A stretch of 63,595 bases of DNA, counting the filler, from a bacterium (lineage in GTDB: Bacteria; UBA9089; CG2-30-40-21; SBAY01): NCBI GenBank assembly GCA_040757115.1. It is 6 parts of 6 records of this genome, joined end to end, with 100 filler letters (N's around TTAATTAATTAA, not from the genome) between each part and the next. Parts side by side here need not be neighbours in the genome. Positions count along the whole stretch, not along the records: positions 13,415 to 43,650 come from JBFLYA010000021.1; 5 more parts are not named here. One strand, written 5' to 3'. Below are positions 30,120-41,068 of the stretch, piece by piece. Position numbers and translations under genes: made by a program. Within the stretch, counting starts at the first letter, position 1. Each line of letters begins with the position of its first letter. The notes under the pieces are model-generated. The model had not been told where the DNA came from and made no database searches. It worked only from the letters and a program-made list of their open reading frames with translations.

Positions 30120-30438
30120 GTACCTGTTTAGCGTGGTCAGAGAACACAAATGAATGGTAGTGACTTAGTGCGAACCCACTTCAAACACAATAAGTTGTGT
30201 AATACAAAATCAAAAATTAAATATTAAAATGCAAAATGACATATCAAATATCAAAAATCTTGACTTCGTGTTTAATTTAGTGTCTGACAAGTATTTGTGC
30301 ATTTTGCTTTGTCCTTTTGCTTTGGACATTTTGATATGCGCATTAAATTCCTTGTGGAATATTTCGCACCGGTATCCTATTGTTTAACAAAGAGTTAAGT
30401 CTCAAATCAACGCAATTTGGAACACGCTAAACACCTAC
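30120..30438. mobile_element. MITE inserted in a hairpin loop downstream of rpsR
   Basis: GTACCTGTTTAGCGTG / CACGCTAAACACCTAC ends; AAGCATC duplicated; CAAAAT-type inverted arrays inside. Confidence 0.75.
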
Positions 30439-30536
30439 AAGCATCTTGCTTGTGATTATTTTATTTCTCAATCTGGAAGATTGAACTACCTGTTACTACT
30501 CTCCGTGCTAATCAAATTATCAGTGACAGAATAATA

Positions 30537-30622
30537 GTTAACCAATTACCATTTAACCAATTACCAGTTACCAATTACCAATTACCAGTTACCAATTACC
30601 AGTTACCAGTTACCAATTACCA
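30537..30622 (+). repeat. Tandem heptamer array (TTACCAA/TTACCAG)
   Basis: About 11 units directly upstream of rplI. Confidence 0.9.
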
Positions 30623-30640
30623 GAATTAAGGATATAGATA

Positions 30641-31096
30641 ATGGAAGTAATATTAAAAACCGATATTACAGGAGTGGGGAAAAAAGGTGAGATTAAAAAT
30701 GTGGCTGAAGGATATGCGAGGAATTTTTTAATCCCAAAAGGATTAGGGGTGCCAGCTACAAAGAGTAATTTAGAAAAGCTCAATGAGGAGAAAAAAAGAA
30801 TAGCAGTTTTCGCCCAGCGCGAAAAACAAACAGCCATAGAATTTAGTCAAAACCTTAAAAACACTACCATAACTATTACGAGAAAAGCAGGTGAGGGAAA
30901 TAAAATTTTTGGCTCGGTAACTAAAGAAGACATTGTTGAAGCAGTGGCTAAAAAAGGTTTTGTAATGGATAAAAAGATGGTTGATATTCCGCAACCAATA
31001 AAACTTTTAGGCGTCTATACAATTCCAATTAAACTCCATAAAGAAGTCGAAACAGAAATAAGTCTTAGAGTAGTCCGAGAAAAAGGAGGTGAATAA
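30641..31096 (+). CDS. rplI: 50S ribosomal protein L9
   Basis: [31 protein letters not shown]. Confidence 0.97.
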   Translation: MEVILKTDITGVGKKGEIKNVAEGYARNFLIPKGLGVPATKSNLEKLNEEKKRIAVFAQREKQTAIEFSQNLKNTTITITRKAGEGNKIFGSVTKEDIVEAVAKKGFVMDKKMVDIPQPIKLLGVYTIPIKLHKEVETEISLRVVREKGGE

Positions 31097-31148
31097 TAAG
31101 GTTTCACGAAATTGGTGATTGACACCGACATCCGAAATAGAAAAAAAG

Positions 31149-31332
31149 CCACCTGTGCGATTAGACTAATTCATCGCAGAGACACAAAGGAAAAATAAAT
31201 GTAAAATGTAAAATAGGAAATGAAAAATGGGAAATTTTACTACTTCGCAAGACTCATTACCTTTCAGTTACACATTTTCATTTTACATTTCTCATTTTAC
31301 ATTATCCATTTTACATTTAACCGCACAGGTTG
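31149..31332. mobile_element. CCACCTGTGC-type MITE with perfect 8-bp TSD
   Basis: AAAAAAAG at 31141-31148 and 31333-31340. Confidence 0.9.
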
Positions 31333-31353
31333 AAAAAAAGGGAGGGGATACAA

Positions 31354-32697
31354 ATGAGTTTGCCAGAAGCAATTGCAGAAAAGATTCAACCACAATCAAT
31401 CGAAGCTGAAGTATCCGTTATCGGTGCAATGTTAATGGATAAAGATGCAATTTGTAAAGCGGTTGAGGTCTTAAGTGAAGATGCTTTTTATAAAACTACG
31501 CATCGTAAAATATATAGTGCTATTTTAGATTTATTTGAAAGAAATGAACCAGTAGATTTAGTTACTTTAACTAATGAATTAAAGAGAAAAGGTGAGTTGG
31601 GTAATGTTGGTGGTCCACTATACCTGACCACTATCTTAAATAGTGTTCCGACAGCGGCTAATGTCGAATATTATATTCGAATTGTCAATGAAAAAGCCGT
31701 AATAAGAGGACTTATCTCCGCGGCAACTGAGATTGTCTCTATGGCATATCAACAAACCGAAGATGTTTCACAAATGTTGGATAATGCCGAACAATTGATC
31801 TTTAACATCGTCCAGCGTAAAATAAGCCGTGATTTTGTTCATATTGGCGAAATGTTACATGATAGTTTTGAGATGATTGAAAATCTCTACGCAAAAAAGA
31901 CTTATGTAACAGGCATACCAACTGGTTTTGTGGATTTAGATATTCTTACATCAGGATTTCATCCCTCAGATTTAATTATTATTGCTGGAAGACCATCTAT
32001 GGGGAAATCAAGTCTGGCGTTGAATATTGCTCAGTATGCCAGTACTCGCGAAAAGATTCCAGTTGGAATATTCAGTTTAGAGATGAGCAAAGAACAATTA
32101 GTTCAACGAACTTTATGTTCAGAGGCAAGAGTAGATGCCCAGAAGCTAAAAACAGGTTATTTAGGAGAGGCTGATTGGCCCAAACTTACGACCGCGGCGG
32201 GAATATTAGCCGACGCACCGCTTTACATCGATGATACCCCAGCTATCCCAATATTAGAAATAAGGGCTAAGGCACGAAGACTTAAAGCAAAATATAACAT
32301 CGGCTTAATTTTAGTCGATTATTTACAACTTGTTCAAGGCAGGATGCAGATTGATAATCGCCAACAGGAAATATCCGAAATATCTCGCTCTCTGAAATCT
32401 TTAGCCAGAGAATTAAATATCCCGATAATAGCCTTATCTCAACTTTCACGAGAGGTAGAAAAACGAGGTGATAGAAAACCACAATTATCTGATTTACGCG
32501 AATCAGGGGCGATTGAACAGGATGCAGATGTGGTAGCATTTGTCTATCGCGAAGAATACTACAAACCTACTCCTGAAAATGAAGGGATAGCAGAAGTAAT
32601 CATTGGGAAACAACGCAATGGTCCTATTGGAACGGTAAAATTAGCCTTTATAAAAAAATATACTCGATTTGAAAACCTCGCAAAGGTAGAAGAATGA
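31354..32697 (+). CDS. dnaB: Replicative DNA helicase
   Basis: AGRPSMGKS, VDYLQL, DLRESGAIEQDAD, KQRNGP. Confidence 0.98.
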   Translation: MSLPEAIAEKIQPQSIEAEVSVIGAMLMDKDAICKAVEVLSEDAFYKTTHRKIYSAILDLFERNEPVDLVTLTNELKRKGELGNVGGPLYLTTILNSVPTAANVEYYIRIVNEKAVIRGLISAATEIVSMAYQQTEDVSQMLDNAEQLIFNIVQRKISRDFVHIGEMLHDSFEMIENLYAKKTYVTGIPTGFVDLDILTSGFHPSDLIIIAGRPSMGKSSLALNIAQYASTREKIPVGIFSLEMSKEQLVQRTLCSEARVDAQKLKTGYLGEADWPKLTTAAGILADAPLYIDDTPAIPILEIRAKARRLKAKYNIGLILVDYLQLVQGRMQIDNRQQEISEISRSLKSLARELNIPIIALSQLSREVEKRGDRKPQLSDLRESGAIEQDADVVAFVYREEYYKPTPENEGIAEVIIGKQRNGPIGTVKLAFIKKYTRFENLAKVEE

Positions 32698-33443
32698 AAA
32701 AAAGAATCTACTGTTTCCTTGAGGAAATTGGTGGAATGAGTCTTCTCTTGCCACAAATTATCATTCAAATATTTAAACCACCATTTAGACCTAAATATAT
32801 CATACACCAATTAGTTGAAATTGGGGTAAATACCTTACCCATAGTTAGTCTTATGTCATTATTTGTTGGAATGGTTTTAGCTTACCTGGCATATCTTCAG
32901 TTTAAATTAGTTGAATTTGAAATGTATACCGGCAGTTTAGTTGGTGCGTCTATGGTTATGGAATTAGGGCCGGTATTAACCGCGATTATCGTTGCAGGAA
33001 GAATTGGCGCCGCTACTGCCGCTGAAATAGGCAGTATGAAAGTAACCGAGCAAATTGATGCACTCTATACCCTGGCAGTTAATCCAATTAAATACTTAGC
33101 GGCACCCAGATTTTTAGCCGCGATTATTATGCTCCCATTACTAACTATATTTGCTGATATTATTGGGATGTTTGGTGGATATATGATTGGCGTGTGGCAG
33201 TTTGGAATCCAACATTCCGTTTATATTAACAAAACACTTGACTTTTTAGCCCCAGATGATATAATATGTGGGTTGATAAAAACTATGTTCTTTGGAGCAA
33301 TGATTGTTCTTGTCAGTTGTTACAAAGGCTTTACGACCTATGGTGGGGCGGAAGGGGTTGGAAAGGCAACGACTTCCGCCGTCGTTATCTCAATCGTGCT
33401 TATCTTAGTGATGGATTATTTCTTAACCATTGTGCTTTTTTAA
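32694..33443 (+). CDS. mlaE: MlaE family ABC permease
   Basis: ELGPVLTA..AGRIG..AEIGSMKVTEQIDA. Confidence 0.93.
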   Translation: MKKRIYCFLEEIGGMSLLLPQIIIQIFKPPFRPKYIIHQLVEIGVNTLPIVSLMSLFVGMVLAYLAYLQFKLVEFEMYTGSLVGASMVMELGPVLTAIIVAGRIGAATAAEIGSMKVTEQIDALYTLAVNPIKYLAAPRFLAAIIMLPLLTIFADIIGMFGGYMIGVWQFGIQHSVYINKTLDFLAPDDIICGLIKTMFFGAMIVLVSCYKGFTTYGGAEGVGKATTSAVVISIVLILVMDYFLTIVLF

Positions 33444-33482
33444 TTACATCCAACTACAAATATCAAAAGTGGAGAGGTAAGG

Positions 33483-34229
33483 ATGATTCTTATTACTGAT
33501 TTATGGAAGAACTTTGGGGAAACTCAAGTTTTAAAAGGTGTTAATATCCAGATAAATAAAGGTGAAGTCATTGTCATTATTGGCAGAAGTGGCTGTGGAA
33601 AAAGTGTTCTCTTAAAACATATCATCGGTATTCTAAAACCTGATAAAGGTAAAATAGAAATTTTTGGTAAAGATATTGCGAAAGTTAAGGAAAATGAATT
33701 AAATCAAATCAGGAGAAAGTTTGGCATGCTTTTTCAAGGTGCGGCATTGTTTGACTCGCTAACCGTGCGGGAAAATGTGGGCTTTTTCTTAGATGAACAT
33801 ACTAAATTAAATAATGCGACTATCTCAAAGATAGTTTCTGAAAAACTAAAACTTGTAGGTCTGTCTGGGGTAGAAAATTTAATGCCTTGCGATTTAAGTG
33901 GTGGTATGAAAAAAAGGGTTGGATTAGCCAGAGCGATTGCCGCAGACCCTGAAATTATCCTCTATGATGAACCAACAACAGGTATTGACCCAATTATGGC
34001 AACGGCAATAAATGGATTAATTAAAGACCTTCAGGCAAAACTATCATTAACTTCTATTGTTGTTACCCATGATATGACTTCCGCATATCAAATTGCGGAT
34101 AGGATTGCAATGTTAGAAGATGGAAAGATTATTGAAGATGGAACACCTGAAGAAATAAGAAATACCAAAAAACCTGTTGTTAAACAATTCATTACAGGAG
34201 GAAAACCAATAAATGGAGTATTGGAGTGA
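33483..34229 (+). CDS. mlaF: MlaF family ABC ATPase
   Basis: GRSGCGKS, LSGGMKKRVGLARA, YDEPT. Confidence 0.92.
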   Translation: MILITDLWKNFGETQVLKGVNIQINKGEVIVIIGRSGCGKSVLLKHIIGILKPDKGKIEIFGKDIAKVKENELNQIRRKFGMLFQGAALFDSLTVRENVGFFLDEHTKLNNATISKIVSEKLKLVGLSGVENLMPCDLSGGMKKRVGLARAIAADPEIILYDEPTTGIDPIMATAINGLIKDLQAKLSLTSIVVTHDMTSAYQIADRIAMLEDGKIIEDGTPEEIRNTKKPVVKQFITGGKPINGVLE

Positions 34230-34235
34230 AGATAA

Positions 34236-35192
34236 ATGAAAATAAGTCCTGAATTAAAAGTTGGAATTATGGTCACTGTCGCATTAACTATTTTAGGCAT
34301 ATTAATTATCGTTGCCAGTGGACCATATTTTTTCTACAAAGGATACTTAATACGCGTCCATTTTGACTATGTTAGTGGTTTAGATGCGGGTGCACCAGTA
34401 AGATTAGCCGGGATGGAAGTTGGTGAAGTAAAAGACCTTAAATTAGTTAATGAGAAGATTGAAGTAACATTAAAATTAAACCACACGGCTCAAATTAGAA
34501 GTGATTCGCAGGTTACAATAAATTCCCTCGGTATTGTTGGAGAAAAATATGTGGAAATTACTCGGGGAACACCTCAAGGTAAAATTCTTAAATCAGAAAG
34601 TGTAATTCAGGGAATAAATCCGGTGAATGTAGAAGAAATGCTTAATAGAACAGAGGCTGTCGTTTATAAATCAGAGAAAATAATTGCTTTTCTGGATAAA
34701 ATGTTAGGCGGAGAAGAACTCTGGGTAGAACTTGATAAAATCATTAAAAATATCTCTATTTTTACCATTACCCTGAATGAATTAGTAGTTGAAAATAAAG
34801 ATGAATTAAATTCAACGATTAAAGACCTCCACGCAATCTGTGCCTCATTAAAAAAGATAATTAAAGAAAATAGTGAGGATGTTAAAATAACTACCGAGAA
34901 ACTTAAGCAAACCACAATTCAATTAAATAAAACCGTCGAGAATATAAACAATACTGTGCTTGGAACAAAAAAGGATATAACTAATACATTTACAGAATTA
35001 AGTCAAACCATAGTTTCTCTCCAGAATATACTTGAAAAAGTAGAAAAAGGAGAAGGTAGTCTGGGTAAATTATTAGCTGATGAAGAAATCGCTAATCGTC
35101 TCACAAACGCCTCTAAAAACATAGAAGAACTAACATTGGATTTAAAAAAACATCCATGGAAATTATTACAAAAAGGGGGGACGACTAAATGA
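34236..35192 (+). CDS. mlaD: MlaD/MCE family protein
   Basis: GLDAGAPVRLAGMEVGEV MCE motif plus helical C-terminus. Confidence 0.9.
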   Translation: MKISPELKVGIMVTVALTILGILIIVASGPYFFYKGYLIRVHFDYVSGLDAGAPVRLAGMEVGEVKDLKLVNEKIEVTLKLNHTAQIRSDSQVTINSLGIVGEKYVEITRGTPQGKILKSESVIQGINPVNVEEMLNRTEAVVYKSEKIIAFLDKMLGGEELWVELDKIIKNISIFTITLNELVVENKDELNSTIKDLHAICASLKKIIKENSEDVKITTEKLKQTTIQLNKTVENINNTVLGTKKDITNTFTELSQTIVSLQNILEKVEKGEGSLGKLLADEEIANRLTNASKNIEELTLDLKKHPWKLLQKGGTTK

Positions 35193-36088
35193 AAAAGATA
35201 ATCTTTGGGCAACGGCTCATTTTCGCTCTTTTTTCCGTGATTCCTCTGGTAACACTAATAAATACTTCTGTGGCAAATGCCTATGTGCAAATCTCAGATT
35301 TTTGTGGAAACTATAATATTAATATTAATGGATTAAAAGGAACTTTGCAATTAATCCTGTGCTTGGAGGAAAAGGATTACAATCTTCAAGGCACATATAC
35401 TAATGATAGTGAACAAATCTTTCAAGTCAAAGGGTTCACAGGACATCTTAATCAGAGTATTCCATTGCATAAAATTACTTTCTATATTGATTTTCCACAA
35501 AATAGGCAAATGTTTGAAGGATATTTAATGTGTGAGAGCAGGGATGCTATTGCTGGATATACGATTGAGAAGAAAGTCCCTGTAGGATTCTATGCAATTA
35601 AAATGCCAAAATATCAAATGCCAGAAGAAAAACAGCAGAAAAAATCATTTCTGCAAAAACCAATAAAAGATAAACTTTCAGACTTAAAATATATCTTAAA
35701 GGATATACGATATGCAATCCTAATCTATAATGGTCAACATCATCGTCAGGCTAAATTAGGATTTATATGGGATGAAAGGACACAAAAGCAAATTGCATAT
35801 ACTGATGGTAAAGATGTAATGACACAACTACTCCAACGCACCGATAAAAATGGCTTAACTAATACTACTGAGGCACAATTTGGCCCATATTTCCATGAGT
35901 TTCGCATAAATCCATTTACTTTAGGAAACACGATTCACATCGTTGATTCACCTCTACCAATTAAAGAAATCATTACCTCAGCTGAAAACTATGATTGGAT
36001 TTTTAATGTCCGCACTTCTGAATTTAGAGCAGGCGGAGAGGTAGTTTTACCTGATGATATTTCCGAACACTCTTTACAGGATTTTTAA
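35189..36088 (+). CDS. Secreted hypothetical protein
   Basis: Signal peptide; translationally coupled to mlaD. Confidence 0.65.
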   Translation: MKKIIFGQRLIFALFSVIPLVTLINTSVANAYVQISDFCGNYNININGLKGTLQLILCLEEKDYNLQGTYTNDSEQIFQVKGFTGHLNQSIPLHKITFYIDFPQNRQMFEGYLMCESRDAIAGYTIEKKVPVGFYAIKMPKYQMPEEKQQKKSFLQKPIKDKLSDLKYILKDIRYAILIYNGQHHRQAKLGFIWDERTQKQIAYTDGKDVMTQLLQRTDKNGLTNTTEAQFGPYFHEFRINPFTLGNTIHIVDSPLPIKEIITSAENYDWIFNVRTSEFRAGGEVVLPDDISEHSLQDF

Positions 36089-36095
36089 AAATGGG

Positions 36096-36296
36096 GTAAT
36101 TGTTCACCGCCCAGACGCAGAGAAACAGAGAAGACATAGAAATAAAGTAACTATTCAGCCACTGATTAACACGGATTAGCACGGATAAAAAAATAAAATC
36201 AGTGTTTCATCTGTGTCCATCTGTGGCTGAATAGTTACCAATAGATTTTAATTTTTTCTCTGCGTCTCTGCGGTAAAAGATTACCTGAACGGTTAC
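36096..36296. mobile_element. IS66-like MITE within MITE, perfect 8-bp TSD
   Basis: AAAATGGG on both sides; inner GTAACTATTCAGCC...GGCTGAATAGTTAC copy. Confidence 0.9.
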
Positions 36297-36299
36297 AAA

Positions 36300-36827
36300 A
36301 TGGGTGAGATTAAATTACCAAAGCCAGTAAAATTAATCGTGGGAATGATTTCCGGGGATAATAAATTATTTGAATTGGCACAACAAAAATTAATGGAACG
36401 GTTTGGTGAAGTTGATTTTTTTAGTCAGATTTTACCATTTGACTCTACAAATTATTATTGTCAGGAAATGGGAATAAGTCTAAAGAGGAAATTTATTAGT
36501 TTTGCCATCTTAATTGACCCCGGTCAACTTCCAGACATTAAAATTTTTACTAATTTAACTGAAAAAGAATTTAGTTTTGATTCAAAACGAAGGATTAATC
36601 TTGACCCCGGCTACATTTCCCTGTCAAAACTGGTGTTAGCGACAACTAAAGATTATCAACATCGTATTTACCTGCGTGATGGGATTTATGGTGAGGTAAC
36701 ATTACGATTCAAATCAAAAGGATTTCAAAACTGGGAATGGACATATCCGGATTATAGAACTGAGACTTACCAAAGGATATTTTTGGAGATACGGAAATTG
36801 TATGTTGAACAATTGAAAAGTAGGTAA
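36300..36827 (+). CDS. DUF4416 family protein
   Basis: RRINLDPGY, LATTKD..HRIYL, WTYPDY. Confidence 0.85.
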   Translation: MGEIKLPKPVKLIVGMISGDNKLFELAQQKLMERFGEVDFFSQILPFDSTNYYCQEMGISLKRKFISFAILIDPGQLPDIKIFTNLTEKEFSFDSKRRINLDPGYISLSKLVLATTKDYQHRIYLRDGIYGEVTLRFKSKGFQNWEWTYPDYRTETYQRIFLEIRKLYVEQLKSR

Positions 36828-36981
36828 CCGTTCAGGTAGTCTGGTATCTGGGTGTCTAAGTGTCTGGGTTACATAGACTACCAGACACATAGACACCCTT
36901 TACGCAAAATTGTAGGATTTGTTACTATCCTGATTTCCTGGATGTTAACTGATTGCTGATACCTGATGGCTGAACGCTTAC
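36824..36981. mobile_element. IS66-like MITE, perfect 8-bp TSD
   Basis: AAAAGTAG on both sides. Confidence 0.9.
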
Positions 36982-37027
36982 AAAAGTAGTTAGCGATGAG
37001 GAATATTCCTTTCAGGAGATATGGAAA

Positions 37028-38086
37028 ATGTTATATGGTATCATCTTAGCCGGTGGGTATGGTGAACGATTTTGGCCAAAAAGTCAACCTGATACCCCAA
37101 AACAATTATTATCAATTACCAGTAAAAAAACATTATTAGAAGAAACACTGGATAGAATCGCAGATTTAATTCCTCGCGAGAGAATATTAATTGTAACAAA
37201 TAGGACTATCGGAGATAAAATTTTATCGGCAACCCCTGCCCTGACGATGAATAACATTATCGCAGAACCAATGCGTAAAAATACTGCTCCAGCAATTGCA
37301 TTAGCCACTTTATATCTAAAAAATAAAGATAAAGAGGCGGTGATGGCGGTCTTACCCGCAGACCATTTTATTCCGGATAAAGAAAGATTCTTAAAAATTC
37401 TGTCCATTGCTTATGAAGTGGCTAAAGAGAAAAAAGACCTTGTAACCTTTGGAATTAAACCAACAAGACCTGAAACCGGATACGGCTATATAGAAGTGGG
37501 AAAAAAAGTAGCCACACAAAATGGCATCTCGACTTATGAGGTCATCTCATTTAGAGAAAAACCTGACCTAAATACAGCAAAAGAATTCCTTGCAAAAGGA
37601 AATTACCTGTGGAACAGTGGAATGTTTATCTGGCATATCCAAACAATCCTTGATGCCTTTTCTAACCTTATGCCAGACTTATACTCAAAATTAATGAAAG
37701 TTGAAAATGACCTGAAAGTAGAAGAATTTTATCAAGGGGTAGAAAATATCTCCATAGATTTTGGAATAATGGAAAAGGCTAAAAATATCTTGATGATTGA
37801 AGGAGATTTTATCTGGGACGATGTGGGTTCCTGGAGGGCATTAGAAAGGATATATTCTCAAGATGAGAATAAAAATGTAATTTTAGGCAATCACATCGGA
37901 ATTGATACTCAAAATTGTATTGTTATGGCTGAGGAAAAATTAGTCGCTACAATTGGAATCTCTGATTTAATTGTAGTCAGCACAAAAGAAGCAACCTTTA
38001 TCTGTCCAAAACAAAGGGCAGAAGAAGTAAAAAAAATAGTCGAGAAATTAAAAAATGGAGGTAAATTATGTCAGAAAGATGTTTAA
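37028..38086 (+). CDS. manC: Mannose-1-phosphate guanylyltransferase
   Basis: ILAGGYGERFWPKS, NTAPAI, PETGYGYI, WDDVGSW. Confidence 0.93.
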   Translation: MLYGIILAGGYGERFWPKSQPDTPKQLLSITSKKTLLEETLDRIADLIPRERILIVTNRTIGDKILSATPALTMNNIIAEPMRKNTAPAIALATLYLKNKDKEAVMAVLPADHFIPDKERFLKILSIAYEVAKEKKDLVTFGIKPTRPETGYGYIEVGKKVATQNGISTYEVISFREKPDLNTAKEFLAKGNYLWNSGMFIWHIQTILDAFSNLMPDLYSKLMKVENDLKVEEFYQGVENISIDFGIMEKAKNILMIEGDFIWDDVGSWRALERIYSQDENKNVILGNHIGIDTQNCIVMAEEKLVATIGISDLIVVSTKEATFICPKQRAEEVKKIVEKLKNGGKLCQKDV

Positions 38087-39036
38087 TTACGGGTATCACA
38101 GGATTTGCAGGGAGTTATTTAGCTGATTTCTTGCTTGAAAAAGGAAATGTCGAAATTTATGGGATTAAAAGATGGCGTAGTCGAATGGAAACCATTGAGC
38201 ATATTAAAGATAAAATAACACTAATCGAATGTGATTTAAGAGATGCAACATCAGTTCTCAATTGTATTGAAGAAATGCAACCTGATAAAATCTTCCATTT
38301 AGCCGCTCAAAGTTTTGTTCCTACTTCATGGCTGGCACCTACTGAAACCTTAATGACTAATATCTTAAGCACTTTAAATATATTTGAGGCGGTGCGTAAA
38401 GCTCATTTAACTCATACAAGAATTCAAATTGCCGGCTCTTCTGAAGAATATGGAATGGTTTATGAGGATGAAGTCCCTATCAAAGAAACTAATCCTCTAA
38501 GACCTTTAAGCCCTTATGGTGTCAGTAAAGTAGCTCATGATTTATTAGGATACCAATATTATATGAGTTATAATCTCTATATTGTAAGAACAAGGGGATT
38601 TAATCATAGTGGTCCTCGAAGAGGTGAGGTATTTGTAGAAGCAGATTTTGCTAAACAAATTGCTGAGATAGAGAAGGGATTAAAAGAACCAATTATATAT
38701 GTAGGAAATCTTGAGGCAAAAAGAGATTTTACGGATGTGCGGGATATGGCTAAGGGATATTGGTTATCACTTGAGAAATGTGACCCCGGCGATGTCTATA
38801 ATATCTGCTCTGGAAAGGCGTATGGCATAGAAGAGGTTTTAGATATGTTACTTTCTCTTTCTACGGTAAAAGTGGAAGTAAAACAAGATCCCTCGCGAAT
38901 GCGTCCTTCTGATGTTCCGATATTATTAGGAGATTTCACTAAATTTAGAGAAAAGACCGGTTGGCAACCAACTATCCCTTTTGAAAAAACACTTAAAGAT
39001 ATATTAAACTACTGGCGTGAATATTATCAGGTTTAG
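38068..39036 (+). CDS. GDP-mannose 4,6-dehydratase / GDP-4-keto-6-deoxymannose reductase family SDR
   Basis: ITGITGFAGS, HLAAQSFV, SPYGVSK. Confidence 0.85.
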   Translation: MSERCLITGITGFAGSYLADFLLEKGNVEIYGIKRWRSRMETIEHIKDKITLIECDLRDATSVLNCIEEMQPDKIFHLAAQSFVPTSWLAPTETLMTNILSTLNIFEAVRKAHLTHTRIQIAGSSEEYGMVYEDEVPIKETNPLRPLSPYGVSKVAHDLLGYQYYMSYNLYIVRTRGFNHSGPRRGEVFVEADFAKQIAEIEKGLKEPIIYVGNLEAKRDFTDVRDMAKGYWLSLEKCDPGDVYNICSGKAYGIEEVLDMLLSLSTVKVEVKQDPSRMRPSDVPILLGDFTKFREKTGWQPTIPFEKTLKDILNYWREYYQV

Positions 39037-39719
39037 TAATAAAATATTAACGGCTCCAGCATAAAAGAAGTTTTTGCGAAACAAAAAAGGAGTAACCGTT
39101 CAGGTAGTCTTTTACCGCAGAGACGCAGAGAAACAGAGAAGACATAGAAATAAAGTAACTATAGCAGTTATTAGTCAAAACTTTACTCAGAGTGAATAAG
39201 TAAAAAAATCCCAAATCCCAAGCACCAAATCTCAAATAAGCACCAAATTCCACATACCAAAAAGCGAATTAGAGATTAGTGAATTAGAGATTAGATTTTA
39301 CTAATTCGCTTAATTCACTAAATGGAATTTGGAATTTGTGATTTGGAATTTCATAGCCATATCTATGTCAAATTTCGATTAATAAGTGCTATATTCAGCC
39401 ACTGATTAGCACGGATAGAAAAATAAAATCAGTGTTTCATCTGTGTCCATCTCTGGCTGAATAGTTACCAATAGATTTTAATTTTTTTCTCTGCCTCTGT
39501 TATGTAAAGTGTCAAGCTTTTTTTATTTTTTTATTTAAGAAAAAAGTCTACGACTTATCTCTACAACTTTCTTTGCTTTCTCTTTTTAGCCTGTCGAGGT
39601 TGTCGGGGCACCCGCTTGCGGGTCGTCCTCGAGCAGGGGTTTTCTCTAAAGCAGAGGCAAAGGGGTTAGATGATTGACAACTTCTTTTATTAACCCCTTT
39701 GGAGAAAAGAGAAAACCTA

Positions 39720-39990
39720 AATAAAAGTCCTTAAAGATATATCTGTTGCAGTGAACAGTCGCGAAAAATGAATCTTGTACCTCCTTTTGTTCTTTGATAG
39801 ATATAAAAGGTAACCGTAACTTTCTATTATACGTGGCAACCTGAGTTTTTATAAAACAGCAGGTTCACACTCATTGATTCTTTCGTTTTGATTTTTTTGA
39901 GTCTCTTTCTGTGCTCGAGTATTACTCTTTCACGGACCGAGGCGTCTCAAAAAAATACGTTACCAATTACAATTGATACCTTATCAAAGA
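39720..39990 (-). ncRNA. Candidate bridge/seekRNA of the IS1111 element
   Basis: Structured non-coding region; stem ATTTTTTTGAG/CTCAAAAAAAT (39891-39956) closes a large internal loop; boundaries approximate. Confidence 0.5.
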
Positions 39991-39997
39991 CCACTAT

Positions 39998-41068
39998 TTA
40001 AAAATGTGGAATATACTTTCTTTCTTCTTTTAAGATACGATAGATAATCGCAGTTAATTTACGAGCAACAGCAGTAATGGCTTTCTTTTTAGCAATCTCT
40101 GAATGATGTCTGTTTTTGATTCGGCAATAAAACTGATAGAGTCTGATGTCTTTTCGAATGGCAACCCAGGCTGCTTCTATAAGTAGAAACCGTAATACCT
40201 TGTCGCCTAAATGAGTAATAGAGCCTCTATTAACATCATCACCAGTAGAGTTTTCTCTTGGCACAAGACCAACAAAGGAGGCTAATTCTCGTGGGTCTTT
40301 TAAGTTCTTGGGATCACCTATGTTACCGAGTAAAGTAACTGCCACAACAAATCCTATTCCAGGAATTGATTGCAAAAAACTGAGGTAATTCTTAATGTTT
40401 TCATGGCTGTTACAAAAACTTCTTAGAACACGGTGAATGGTTAATAGTTGTTTTCGGGCATAGAAAAGGTCATCTATCAACATATCTAAACAATCTCGAA
40501 TAGCTGGCTGACAAGGAATCTTTTTGATTTCATTGATGTGGTTACAAGACCATTTTTGATAAGGGTCTTTGATATAACCATCCAGATGAGCAAACAAAAG
40601 TAAAGCTTTGATGCGTTGTTGAGTAACCTTACGCAAAGAAGCATAGTTCTGGCGAATTTTAACTAAATGACGAAGTTCTCGCCATTCATCTTGAGGTACT
40701 CTTATAGATTTTAAACTCCCAGCTTTAAGTAGCGCCGTTAGTTTTACTGAATCTATACGGTTAGTCTTTACTCGTTCATTCGGTGCTTTAGGGATAGATA
40801 GTGGTGGCACAACCAGACAAGGAATATTTTTCTGTGTCAGATAGTCATAAAGATGATATCCTGTAGGACCTGCTTCGTAAGCACAGATAATCTGTTTGTT
40901 AGAGTAGTTGTTTTGCAGGTAATTATAAAAATATTGTGGTTGTGCTGGTATTGTTTTTGTCCGTTTCATAATATTGTGGTCCTGAATGGTAAAAGAAAAA
41001 CTCTTTTTATCCACATCTAGCCCAATGAATAGTTCATAATCTTTCGGTAAATATGTTGTTTGTGTCAT
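39998..41068 (-). CDS. IS110 family transposase/recombinase
   Basis: IGLDVDK, YEAGPTG, KTNRIDS, SIPGIG, GLVPRENSTG, AVARKL. Confidence 0.95.
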   Translation of the reverse strand: MTQTTYLPKDYELFIGLDVDKKSFSFTIQDHNIMKRTKTIPAQPQYFYNYLQNNYSNKQIICAYEAGPTGYHLYDYLTQKNIPCLVVPPLSIPKAPNERVKTNRIDSVKLTALLKAGSLKSIRVPQDEWRELRHLVKIRQNYASLRKVTQQRIKALLLFAHLDGYIKDPYQKWSCNHINEIKKIPCQPAIRDCLDMLIDDLFYARKQLLTIHRVLRSFCNSHENIKNYLSFLQSIPGIGFVVAVTLLGNIGDPKNLKDPRELASFVGLVPRENSTGDDVNRGSITHLGDKVLRFLLIEAAWVAIRKDIRLYQFYCRIKNRHHSEIAKKKAITAVARKLTAIIYRILKEERKYIPHF

